A DNA stretch of 46,438 nucleotides from an uncultured Clostridia bacterium (GTDB lineage: Bacteria > Bacillota_I > Bacilli_A > RF39 > UBA660). The position numbers were made by a program, and so were the translations under genes. Positions 8,608 through 17,204 of this stretch are shown here, piece by piece. Under the pieces are notes generated by a model. That model saw nothing but the letters and a program-made list of their open reading frames with translations. It ran no database searches and had not been told where the DNA came from. Every line of letters starts with the position of its first letter. Position 1 is the stretch's first letter. The stretch is taken from assembly GCA_947168405.1 (NCBI GenBank), contig CAMVLU010000001.1, forward strand, positions 1-46,438. Reading direction: 5' to 3'.

Positions 8608-10837
8608 CTTCTTTTTTTATTTTTATAGTTATTTGATACATATCATCGAATTCGACTTCTTCTGTATCTATATCTATATGATTTTGTTTAATTCTATCAG
8701 TTGTTTTCTTTAATTCAAGAACTGCATCATGAACATTATGAATTGTAACTACTTCATCCAAACTTATATAATCTTGTTTTTCTTCCTCAGATTCAGTTGT
8801 TGAAATAGGTATTTCATTACTATCAATTACTTCAATATCAGGTATTGATGTGCTCTCATTTATTGGTGTTTCTATTTCTGTCTGAGGTACTTCTTCAACT
8901 GGCATATCTATTGACTTTTCAATTTGATTTTTTTCTTCAAGTGTTTGATTCAATTGAGTAGAATTTTCGATTGGTTGTGCAAAAATATTATTTTCATTTG
9001 GCATTTCTATTGGCTGTTCAAATTGATTTTTTTCTTCAATAGGTTGTTGATTTGGTGTTTCAATTGGTTGTGTATAATTATTATTTTCAACAGGCATTTC
9101 TACTGGTTTTTCAAATGAATTAACAGTTGTATCTATATGTTGCATTGCTTCTGGTTGATTCATTGGTTGATTATACATTGGAGGAGTCATTGGTGCAGGT
9201 TGAGCAGGCGTCATCTGATTTTCATTCATTTGAGGATTTCCATATTGACCAATTATATTTAAAGGTTGATTGAATAAATTTCCTCCATTTGGATTTTGGT
9301 AATAATTTGTTCCAGTTCCAAAATCAGGTATTCTATTGTCATTTTGTTTATTATAAGAGTTATAATTTTCAAAACTATTCATTGCATAATCATTATTAAC
9401 AGGTGGAACAAACGGTTGAGGTTGTTGAGCAGGCATTGGTTGTCCCATATCTAACGTATTGCCATACATGTTAGGTTGCTCCATTGACATTGATTGATTC
9501 ATATTTTGTTGATAATTTGAATTTTGATAAAAGCCATTCATTGGTTCTTGAGGCATATTATTTAATTCATTAAAATTACTCATTGGTTGATTCATTTGTG
9601 TTTGATAATTATTTATTCCATTATTCATTTCCATTGGTTGTTCATATAAATTTTGATTCAATGAATCAAAGTTCGATGAATAATTATTTGATGAAGTATT
9701 ATAATTAATTGGTTCGGGATTACTGTTTATTGGTGTTCCAAAATTCATTGAGTTAATGCTATTAAAATTATTATTTGAGATATTATTTTGTGAATTTAAA
9801 TTTATATCATCATCAAAGTTGGGAAGAAATTGATTTTCTTTTTTAGGAAGATTATCTTCTCTAATTTGACTTATAAATAAATTATTATCATCGTTATTAT
9901 TCATCATGTTATTCATATTATTGTTTGATTGATTCATTCCTCCATCAAACATAGATCCTAATGATCCATTATTAGCAATATTCATTCCATTATTACCATT
10001 ATCAGGAATTGATTGATTATTAAATGAATTATTATCGTTAAAATCTCCATAATCATAACTATTAGCTGGATCTTCTCCTATAGGAGATGGCATATTATTA
10101 AAATTATTAGGAATATTATTAAACATATTATTTCCTACACCACTTTGATAATCATTTAATCCCATTCCCCCAAAATTAGATCTATTATTCATATTACTCT
10201 CCTTATCCTCTTCTTCATTATTTTTTTCTTTTTCTTCCTTATATTTTTTTATTTCTTTATCAAGTTCTCTTACAGTTAATCTTTCTTTTTTAATTCTATC
10301 TAAAAACATTAACTGATCTTTCTTATCCTTTATTGTTAATAAACTTCTTGCATGTCTTTCTGATATTTGATTTTTTACTAATGCATCTTGAACTTCTTCA
10401 GGAAGACTTAATAACCTTAATTTATTTGCAACCATTGGTTGACTTCTACCCATTGTTTTAGCTAATTCATCTTGCGTAATATTATCAAGTTGTAAAATTC
10501 TTTTATATGTCTTTGCTTCTTCTATAGCTGTTAAATTTTTTCTTTGCAAATTCTCAAGTAATGATAATTTAGCACTTTCTTTATCATCTATATCCCTTAT
10601 TATTGCAGGGATTGTAGTTAATCCTGCAAGAGAAGAGGCTTTTGTTCTTCTTTCTCCAGCAATAAGCTCATACTTATCTCCAAGTTTTCTAACTATAATT
10701 GGTTGAATAACTCCGTGTTCTTTAATTGACTTTGCTAAATCTTCCAAGCTTTCTTCATCAAATCTTTCTCTTGGTTGAAAACGATTTGGGATAATATCTT
10801 CAATTTTAATTAATTGTATTCTATTTTCATCAATCAT
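8600..10837 (-). CDS. noc: Noc-type ParB-family protein with a giant N/Q/M/P-rich low-complexity insertion (745 aa)
   Basis: N-terminal 200 aa is ParB/Noc-like (IPNRFQPR, IAGERRTKAS, RSQPMVANKLRLLSLPEEVQ, ISERHARSLL). It occupies the rsmG-soj position where noc sits in Bacilli. The C-terminal end (EEVEFDDMYQITIKIKK) resembles the Noc C-terminus as I recall it. Confidence 0.75.
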   Translation of the reverse strand: MIDENRIQLIKIEDIIPNRFQPRERFDEESLEDLAKSIKEHGVIQPIIVRKLGDKYELIAGERRTKASSLAGLTTIPAIIRDIDDKESAKLSLLENLQRKNLTAIEEAKTYKRILQLDNITQDELAKTMGRSQPMVANKLRLLSLPEEVQDALVKNQISERHARSLLTIKDKKDQLMFLDRIKKERLTVRELDKEIKKYKEEKEKNNEEEDKESNMNNRSNFGGMGLNDYQSGVGNNMFNNIPNNFNNMPSPIGEDPANSYDYGDFNDNNSFNNQSIPDNGNNGMNIANNGSLGSMFDGGMNQSNNNMNNMMNNNDDNNLFISQIREDNLPKKENQFLPNFDDDINLNSQNNISNNNFNSINSMNFGTPINSNPEPINYNTSSNNYSSNFDSLNQNLYEQPMEMNNGINNYQTQMNQPMSNFNELNNMPQEPMNGFYQNSNYQQNMNQSMSMEQPNMYGNTLDMGQPMPAQQPQPFVPPVNNDYAMNSFENYNSYNKQNDNRIPDFGTGTNYYQNPNGGNLFNQPLNIIGQYGNPQMNENQMTPAQPAPMTPPMYNQPMNQPEAMQHIDTTVNSFEKPVEMPVENNNYTQPIETPNQQPIEEKNQFEQPIEMPNENNIFAQPIENSTQLNQTLEEKNQIEKSIDMPVEEVPQTEIETPINESTSIPDIEVIDSNEIPISTTESEEEKQDYISLDEVVTIHNVHDAVLELKKTTDRIKQNHIDIDTEEVEFDDMYQITIKIKKEEN
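8901..9118. repeat. Three tandem ~93-99-bp coding repeats inside the noc-like gene
   Basis: GGCAT(A/T)TCTA(T/C)TG...TTCAA(A/T)TGA units start at 8901, 9000 and 9093. They encode FE(K/Q)P(V/I)EMP(V/N)EN...QPIE...EEKNQ repeats. Confidence 0.8.
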
Positions 10838-10885
10838 ATTTATCCCACTTCCTTTTTATTTTATATTTCCCTTTATTATATTTAC

Positions 10886-10916
10886 ATTATATCACATTTT
10901 TTAAAAATACAAAGAT
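10886..10916 (-). promoter_or_regulatory. Candidate extended -10 promoter for the noc-like gene
   Basis: Minus strand reads TTGTAT-15 nt-TGATATAAT. TATAAT is the rc of 10886-10891 and the TG is the rc of 10893-10894. Confidence 0.45.
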
Positions 10917-10951
10917 TTTTTTTGTTTTTTGTTGAAAAATATAATTTCCCA

Positions 10952-10988
10952 CGAAAAAAAGAAGTTTTTATTTCTTAACTTCTTTCTT
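10952..10988 (-). terminator. Candidate intrinsic terminator after rsmG
   Basis: Minus strand AAGAAAGAAGTT-loop-AACTTCTTTTTT (11 of 12 pairs) running into a T tract. Overlaps the rsmG stop. Confidence 0.5.
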
Positions 10989-11675
10989 AATTTTACTATA
11001 TTCTCTTGGATATATATTTGGTGTTTTATTTATTTTTTTTATTATAATAATATTTCTTTGACTAAATTCAAATGGTAAATTAAAATTATAAATATTTTCT
11101 ATTTTTCCATTTAATTTACTAATAATATCTTTTGATTCTTCTAATTCAAAATCAATATTTCCCTTCATAGCAATTAAGTATCCATTTACTTTGACTGAAG
11201 AAAAAGTTATTTCTGATAAAATTCTTAAATGAGCAACTGCTCGAGATACAACTATATCATATTCTTCAGGGTGTTTTTTAGAATATTCTTCACTTCTAGA
11301 ACATATAGTTTCTATATCTTTTAATTCTAATTCTTTTATTACTTCATTTAAATAATTTATTCTTTTATTTAATGAATCGAGTAGGGTAATTTTTAAATTA
11401 GGAAATACTATTTTTAATACTATTCCAGGAAATCCTGCTCCTGTTCCTACATCTAATACTTTTAAATCTTTTGTTAAGTCAATCGCTTTTATTAAGGTTA
11501 AGCTATCATAAAAGTGTTTTAAAAATACATCTTCTTCTTTAACAATAGTAGTTAAATTAATTTTCTCATTCCAACTTATTAATAATTTATAAAATTTATC
11601 TAGTTGATTTAATTGTTTTTCTGTTAAATTAATATTTAATTTAGATAATTCTTCTAAAAATTCTTTTTTATTCAT
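10968..11675 (-). CDS. rsmG: 16S rRNA (guanine527-N7)-methyltransferase RsmG (GidB)
   Basis: SAM motif LDVGTGAGFPGIVLKI. Conserved position downstream of mnmG. Confidence 0.92.
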   Translation of the reverse strand: MNKKEFLEELSKLNINLTEKQLNQLDKFYKLLISWNEKINLTTIVKEEDVFLKHFYDSLTLIKAIDLTKDLKVLDVGTGAGFPGIVLKIVFPNLKITLLDSLNKRINYLNEVIKELELKDIETICSRSEEYSKKHPEEYDIVVSRAVAHLRILSEITFSSVKVNGYLIAMKGNIDFELEESKDIISKLNGKIENIYNFNLPFEFSQRNIIIIKKINKTPNIYPREYSKIKKEVKK

Positions 11676-13527
11676 GTTTTATCCTCTTTAAATAAACACT
11701 TAAAACAGCAATATCACTTGGATTAACTCCACTTATACGAGAGGCTTGTCCTAATGTAACTGGTTTTATAAGTTCAAACTTTTGTCTTGCTTCACTTGCT
11801 ATATTAGATACTTCATTATAATCAAAGTCATTTGGTATTTTTATACTTTCTAATTGCTTTAATTTATCAGCTTCCTTTAAAGCTTTTTTTATATAACCTT
11901 CATATTTAATACTTATTTCTACTTGTTCTTTTACATCATTTGAATAATTTAAATCCAAATTAAGAATATTTTCTAATTTTTCAATTGTAATATTAGGTCT
12001 TTTTAAAAGATCATAGTAAGTAATACCATCTAAAATAGGGGAGGTATCTAATTTTTCTATTAAATTATTTTCTTTCGTTGTTAATTTATTATTCTTAAAA
12101 TAATTAGTTAATTCTTCTATAGCTTTTAATTTATTTTTAAATTTTAAATATCTTTCTTCATCTATTAATCCTATTTTATATCCAAATTCTCTTAATCTAA
12201 TATCAGCATTGTCATGACGAAGAAGTAATCTATATTCTGCACGACTTGTTAACATACGATAAGGTTCTTTAGTTCCTTTAGTTACTAAATCATCTATTAA
12301 TACACCTATATAAGCTTCATTTCTTTTTAATATTAATGGTTCTTTATCCTGAAGTTTTAAACTTGCATTTATTCCTGCAATTAATCCTTGAGCAGCAGCT
12401 TCTTCATATCCACTTGTTCCATTTATTTGCCCAGCTGTAAATAAATTTTCTATTTTTTTATTTTCTAAACTAGCTTTCATTTCAAGTGGATCTATAGCAT
12501 CATATTCAATTGCATATGCATATTTTAATATTTTAGCATGTTCAAGTCCTTTTAAACTATGAACCATTTCTTCTTGAATATCATAAGGCATGCTTGTTGA
12601 AAAACCTTGTAGATAGATATCATCATAGTAAATACTTTCTGGTTCTAAAAATAATTGATGTCTTTCTTTATCAGCAAATTTAACTACTTTATCTTCAATA
12701 GATGGACAATATCTTGGACCTATTCCTGTAACATATCCTCCATACATACTGGATTTTTTTAAATTATTATTTATTATTTCATGAGTCTTTTCATTGGTAT
12801 ATGTAAGAAAACAAGGTACTTGATCTTCTAATTTATATAAAGGATCTATATCATATGAAAAAGTTCTTAAAACATTATCTCCATCTTCTCTTGCTAAAAC
12901 ATCAAAATCTATTGAATCTTTTGCTATTCTTGGAGGTGTACCTGTTTTTAATCTTTGAATAGTAAGACCAAGCTTTCTTAAATTATCACTTAAATTCTTG
13001 GCAGGTTTTTCTCCATGAGGACCTGATGGTTTTCTTTCACTTCCAACTAATACATCTGCTTTTAAATAAGTTCCAGTTGTAAGTATTACTATTTTACAAG
13101 ATATTTTTTCTCCAGTTTCTAAAACAATTCCTTTTATTTTATTATCTTTAACAATTAAATCATCAACGATTGCTTCTTTTATTTCTAAATTTTTCGTACT
13201 TTTTAATGTTTTTAACATTTCTTTAGGATAAGTTATTTTATCAGCTTGTGCTCTTAATGCTCTTACAGCAGGTCCTTTTTTGGTATTTAACATTTTAAGT
13301 TGAATATGACTTTTATCTGTATTAATTCCCATTTCACCACCTAAGGCATCTATTTCTCGAACTAATATCCCTTTAGCAGGACCTCCGACAGATGGATTAC
13401 ATGGCATATCCGCGATGTTCTTAATATTTCCAGTAATTAGTAAAGTTTTATTACCAAGACGACTTGAGGCTAAACTTGCTTCACACCCTGCATGTCCTCC
13501 TCCAACGACAATTATATCGTATTCCAT
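11668..13527 (-). CDS. mnmG: tRNA uridine 5-carboxymethylaminomethyl modification enzyme MnmG (GidA)
   Basis: FAD motif YDIIVVGGGHAGCEA and full-length GidA-like sequence. Confidence 0.95.
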   Translation of the reverse strand: MEYDIIVVGGGHAGCEASLASSRLGNKTLLITGNIKNIADMPCNPSVGGPAKGILVREIDALGGEMGINTDKSHIQLKMLNTKKGPAVRALRAQADKITYPKEMLKTLKSTKNLEIKEAIVDDLIVKDNKIKGIVLETGEKISCKIVILTTGTYLKADVLVGSERKPSGPHGEKPAKNLSDNLRKLGLTIQRLKTGTPPRIAKDSIDFDVLAREDGDNVLRTFSYDIDPLYKLEDQVPCFLTYTNEKTHEIINNNLKKSSMYGGYVTGIGPRYCPSIEDKVVKFADKERHQLFLEPESIYYDDIYLQGFSTSMPYDIQEEMVHSLKGLEHAKILKYAYAIEYDAIDPLEMKASLENKKIENLFTAGQINGTSGYEEAAAQGLIAGINASLKLQDKEPLILKRNEAYIGVLIDDLVTKGTKEPYRMLTSRAEYRLLLRHDNADIRLREFGYKIGLIDEERYLKFKNKLKAIEELTNYFKNNKLTTKENNLIEKLDTSPILDGITYYDLLKRPNITIEKLENILNLDLNYSNDVKEQVEISIKYEGYIKKALKEADKLKQLESIKIPNDFDYNEVSNIASEARQKFELIKPVTLGQASRISGVNPSDIAVLSVYLKRIKHE

Positions 13528-13531
13528 AACT

Positions 13532-13969
13532 TCACTTCCTTTTGTTTTTATTATCTTTTTCTTTAATCTTCTTTAAATATTTAAAGCATTTTGTTCGGTA
13601 ATCATTTAATATTAAATCTACTTTTATTTCTTCTAATTCATCTCTTGTTCCAATTCTTCTTATACTTTCAATTATTCTTTCTCTTTCTGTTATTAAATAT
13701 TCAATAGTTTTTTCTAATTCAAATAAATTTAAATTAATTACTTCCTCTTCATTAACCATCCAATGTTGATTAGTTATAAACTCAAATGACAAATTATCAG
13801 AAATATTATAAAATTTTTCTAAATCTTTTTTTTCTCCTAAATTCACTAATTCTTTCATATTATCAGGCATAGGTATTTCTAATTTTTTTATTGCTTCTAA
13901 TTCTATTCCTTGAATTTGGTAACTTCTTTCTATTTTTCCTTCTTTTTCTCTTGAATCTAATATTCTCAT
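13532..13969 (-). CDS. Hypothetical charged 145-aa protein inserted between mnmE and mnmG
   Basis: ORF track 13532..13987. ATG at 13969 lies 4 nt after the mnmE TGA and is preceded by GGAAGTGA. The mnmG ATG follows 4 nt after its stop. No recognisable motif. Confidence 0.6.
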   Translation of the reverse strand: MRILDSREKEGKIERSYQIQGIELEAIKKLEIPMPDNMKELVNLGEKKDLEKFYNISDNLSFEFITNQHWMVNEEEVINLNLFELEKTIEYLITERERIIESIRRIGTRDELEEIKVDLILNDYRTKCFKYLKKIKEKDNKNKRK

Positions 13970-13973
13970 ACAA

Positions 13974-15338
13974 TCACTTCCCAACACAAAAATTCTTAAA
14001 TAAATTATCTAATAATTCTTCTTCATATGATTCTCCAATTATTAGACCTAATGTATTCCATATTTCTTTTAAATCTATTTCTAACATATCAAGTTCATTA
14101 TTATCATCCAATTCTTTTTCTAATTCTAATAATAAATTGTAACTTTTCTTTATTTCATTTATTTGTCTTAAATTAGTTATATATGTAAAGTCACTATTAA
14201 GTATTTTATCAAAATGAAATAACTCTTTTATTTTATTTTTAACTTTATCTATTTCTTTATTATCAACAGTATTAATTGATATTATATTATTTTTATCTAT
14301 ATTATCAAAAAAATCTTCTATATTTAATTTTGTTTCTAAATCATTTTTATTAATGATAAAAATTGTCGGTTTAGAACACTTTTTTATCAATTCTTTATCT
14401 TCTTCTGTTAATTCTTCATTGTTATTTAAAACCATTAATATTAAATTAGCATTATTCATAGCTTCAATACTTTTATTAACACCAATTTTTTCTACAATAT
14501 CTTCTGTTTCTCTTATTCCCGCTGTATCTATTAAATTAATTTTAATTCCATCTATTATAATTGTTCCTTCAACGATATCTCTTGTTGTTCCTGGAATATT
14601 TGTAACAATAGCTTTTTCATTATCTAATAATTTATTAAGTAAACTACTTTTACCAACATTTGGTCTTCCAACGATAGCAACATTTATTCCTTGATATAAA
14701 ATATGTGTATTTTCATAATCATCTATTATTTTTTTTAATTCTTCTTTTATGATTGGAACATTATTTTTTATATCATCAATAGTTACTTCATATATGTCCA
14801 AGTACTCTGGATAATCTATATTTACTTCAATATTACTAATTATTTTAATAATTTTTTCTCTTAACTCTTTTATTAAATTACTTAAATTACCATTTATTCC
14901 ATTTATAGCAACTTTTCTTTCTAGTTCTGTTTCTGAATTTATTAAATCTGATACAGCTTCTGCTTCTACTAAATCTATTCTTCCATTTAAAAAAGCTCTT
15001 TTTGTAAATTCTCCAGGTTCTGCAATTCGACAACCATTTTGTATTAATAATTCTAATACTTTATTAGTAGTAGCAATTCCTCCATGACAATTAATTTCTA
15101 CAACATCTTCAACTGTATATGTTTTAGGACTTTTCATAATACTTACTAATACTTCATCTATTATTTCTGAATTATTAATAATATGTCCATAATGAATTGT
15201 ATGACTAGGAACATTTTCTAAATTACATCCTTTAAATATTTTATTAACAATAGAAATACTATCTTTACCACTTACTCTTATAATAGAAATTGCTCCAACT
15301 CCTAAAGCAGTTGCAATACTAACTATAGTATCATCCAT
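13974..15338 (-). CDS. mnmE: tRNA modification GTPase MnmE (TrmE)
   Basis: G-domain GRPNVGKSSLLN and DTAGIR. C-terminal FCVGK motif directly before the TGA stop. Confidence 0.95.
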   Translation of the reverse strand: MDDTIVSIATALGVGAISIIRVSGKDSISIVNKIFKGCNLENVPSHTIHYGHIINNSEIIDEVLVSIMKSPKTYTVEDVVEINCHGGIATTNKVLELLIQNGCRIAEPGEFTKRAFLNGRIDLVEAEAVSDLINSETELERKVAINGINGNLSNLIKELREKIIKIISNIEVNIDYPEYLDIYEVTIDDIKNNVPIIKEELKKIIDDYENTHILYQGINVAIVGRPNVGKSSLLNKLLDNEKAIVTNIPGTTRDIVEGTIIIDGIKINLIDTAGIRETEDIVEKIGVNKSIEAMNNANLILMVLNNNEELTEEDKELIKKCSKPTIFIINKNDLETKLNIEDFFDNIDKNNIISINTVDNKEIDKVKNKIKELFHFDKILNSDFTYITNLRQINEIKKSYNLLLELEKELDDNNELDMLEIDLKEIWNTLGLIIGESYEEELLDNLFKNFCVGK

Positions 15339-15376
15339 AAGATCACCCCTTAAAGTTCGGGATTATTATAACACAA

Positions 15377-15415
15377 AAATATAACTATGTCACATTTTTT
15401 AACATAGTTATATTT
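15377..15415 (-). terminator. Intrinsic terminator after the nucleotidyltransferase-like gene
   Basis: Perfect 14-bp stem AAATATAACTATGT / ACATAGTTATATTT with 11-nt loop, followed on the minus strand by TTGTGTT. A TGTTATAAT extended -10 for mnmE lies at 15364-15372 (rc). Confidence 0.75.
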
Positions 15416-16307
15416 TCATTAATTTTTTTTCTTCTTTTTTAGGAAATAAATTATCTAAATGATTTATATATAGTTTAAATAATTCAAGTAAACTAAGTGT
15501 TTCTTTTAAAGGATTAGCAAATATTGCTTTTAACATAGATTCACTTCTAGTAAATAATCCTTGTAATAAAAATAAAGTATTTTCATTTATATTTGCTTGT
15601 CCTAATAATCTAATACAAAAAATTACTTTATCTTCAGGAATATCATAATTATTCATTTTACAATAATCCATTAAATTATCAATAAACTTATTAACTAAAG
15701 AAAAACATATTTCTATTTTTTCATACTCTTTTAAAGGAATAATATAATACTTAAGCTCACTTTCTTCTCTTAAAATACTCCATGCTAAATATCTTTTTTC
15801 TTGATTTCTTAACATATCAATACAATAATTTAGTCCTTCATATCCATTTACAATATCATCTATTTCAAAATCTATATCTTTATATTGTTTTAAGGTATCT
15901 TTACCATATATTATTCTATATCTATTTCCATATTGATATTTATGGGTTAAAGGTAAATTATCCATTAAATTTTTATCATATAAAATTGCATGTATTAAGA
16001 TATTTTTTTTAGTATGTGATATTTTATTATTAATAGGCCCAATTAAACTAGAACAGCCTACTTCTATATTTTCATTTGTTAGATTTTTAGATAAATTTTC
16101 TAAAAACTTTTCAAAGTTAATTATTTTTATAGCATTTACTTCTTTACATATTATCCTGATATCATATTCATTATCCATATTATCTTGATAATCATCTTTA
16201 GCCATTGATCCTACAACAAATATAGTTTCCATATCCATGTCTGATAAAAAATACTTTAAAAATTCATTATCAATTCTTTTTGTTATTTGTTTTAATTCAT
16301 TTGTCAT
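15408..16307 (-). CDS. Pol-beta-superfamily nucleotidyltransferase-like protein (motif reminiscent of ANT(6)/AadK-type adenylyltransferases)
   Basis: VVGS-x12-EYDIRI fits hG[GS]-x9-13-[DE]h[DE]h. From memory it resembles LEGS...DNFQDYDISY of AadK, and the ~300 aa length is similar. Start set to ATG 16307, with GGAGG 7 nt upstream. Confidence 0.4.
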   Translation of the reverse strand: MTNELKQITKRIDNEFLKYFLSDMDMETIFVVGSMAKDDYQDNMDNEYDIRIICKEVNAIKIINFEKFLENLSKNLTNENIEVGCSSLIGPINNKISHTKKNILIHAILYDKNLMDNLPLTHKYQYGNRYRIIYGKDTLKQYKDIDFEIDDIVNGYEGLNYCIDMLRNQEKRYLAWSILREESELKYYIIPLKEYEKIEICFSLVNKFIDNLMDYCKMNNYDIPEDKVIFCIRLLGQANINENTLFLLQGLFTRSESMLKAIFANPLKETLSLLELFKLYINHLDNLFPKKEEKKLMKI

Positions 16308-16373
16308 TTTTTGTGCCTCCAAAAGACATTATAGATAATAAATTTGTCGAAATATGTCGATTTTTGTAAAAGA

Positions 16374-16405
16374 AAAGTAATTAATCTTTTTTGATTAATT
16401 ACTTT
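16374..16405 (-). terminator. Intrinsic terminator after the 243-aa membrane protein gene
   Basis: Perfect 13-bp stem AAAGTAATTAATC / GATTAATTACTTT with a 6-nt loop, followed on the minus strand by TCTTTT. Confidence 0.8.
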
Positions 16406-17135
16406 AATTAGTTTTTTCTTCTACGCATAAATTACTATATTCATTTATAAAATCTTTTACTTTATAAATACTGTTTAGATACTCATATATTACTTTGTCT
16501 TTTTCTAACTTTATTTCATATCTACTTTGAATATCTTCATTTTCGTGTGCCTGTATTTGTTCTTTATATTTATCTATTGAAGTTGTAAAACCTTCGGGCC
16601 CTCCACATGTTGCAATAGCTAAATTATCCAATCGAATAAAATCTGCATTATGTTCATATTTTGAATTATATCCAGATGCATATAATCTACCACCACTCAT
16701 TTCTAAATATGAGTACGACATGTTAGGATCATTTTCTGAATTTATTTCTTTTCCTTCTAAATTATAAAAATTATATTTAAATCCATATTGTCCGCCTGTA
16801 TGTGCAATAATTATTAAATTATTTGTACTATAAAGAGTAACTAAAGATTTATCTATTTCCTTTTCATTTAAATAATATTTATTATGTTCTCTTTTTATCT
16901 TATTTCCTTTTACTTCTTTTTCTTCTCCTTCTTGTAATTCATATTTGATTAATTCTGTAAATATTCCTTGAGTTGTTTCTGTAGTTTCAGCATTATTATT
17001 TTCATTAGATTGAGATTTCTTTTCTCCTACATATGTCATTTTAAACATAAAGTAAAATATTGCTACTAAACATATTATTAAAAATATTATTATTCCAACC
17101 ATTAATCCCTTATTATTCTTTTTTTCTTCTTCCAT
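16404..17135 (-). CDS. Hypothetical N-terminally membrane-anchored protein (243 aa)
   Basis: Single N-terminal TM (LMVGIIIFLIICLVAIFYFMF), then a soluble domain with no motif I recognise. Has its own TGATATAAT extended -10 (rc of 17157-17165) and its own terminator. Confidence 0.6.
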   Translation of the reverse strand: MEEEKKNNKGLMVGIIIFLIICLVAIFYFMFKMTYVGEKKSQSNENNNAETTETTQGIFTELIKYELQEGEEKEVKGNKIKREHNKYYLNEKEIDKSLVTLYSTNNLIIIAHTGGQYGFKYNFYNLEGKEINSENDPNMSYSYLEMSGGRLYASGYNSKYEHNADFIRLDNLAIATCGGPEGFTTSIDKYKEQIQAHENEDIQSRYEIKLEKDKVIYEYLNSIYKVKDFINEYSNLCVEEKTN

Positions 17136-17167
17136 AAATCCTACCTTTCATAAAAATTATATCATAT

Positions 17168-17204
17168 ATAAAAATAAAAAACTACTTATTTTCTTCAGTA
17201 GTTT
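17168..17204 (-). terminator. Intrinsic terminator after jag
   Basis: Minus strand AAACTACT-10 nt loop-AGTAGTTT followed by TTTATTTTT. Overlaps the jag stop. Confidence 0.65.

Noticed and set aside
8924-9118. 64-aa plus-strand ORF inside the noc-like gene
   Set aside because: It is antisense to the coding tandem repeats. Its own repetitive F/L/I/W sequence is a by-product of those repeats.
6841-10837. parS (TGTTNCACGTGAAACA) or Noc-binding (ATTTCCCGGGAAAT) sites in or near parB, soj and noc
   Set aside because: Scanning by eye found no CACGTG or CCCGGG core anywhere in the window. The nearest resemblance (TTTCCCACGAAAAA, 10946-10959) is too degenerate. A formal pattern search is still needed.
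13891-14694. Plus-strand ORFs 13891..14142 and 14353..14694
   Set aside because: They are antisense to mnmE and the 145-aa ORF. Both are low-complexity S/L/F/I-rich and have no RBS. The mnmE frame is unambiguous.
15782-16012. Plus-strand ORF 15782..16012, and the similar antisense ORFs 19620..19838, 23959..24225, 26372..26584, 28011..28244, 31839..32054, 32416..32598, 34581..34883 and 41387..41623
   Set aside because: All lie wholly within, and antisense to, longer ORFs with clear homology or better coding character. They are short, have biased composition and lack SD sequences.
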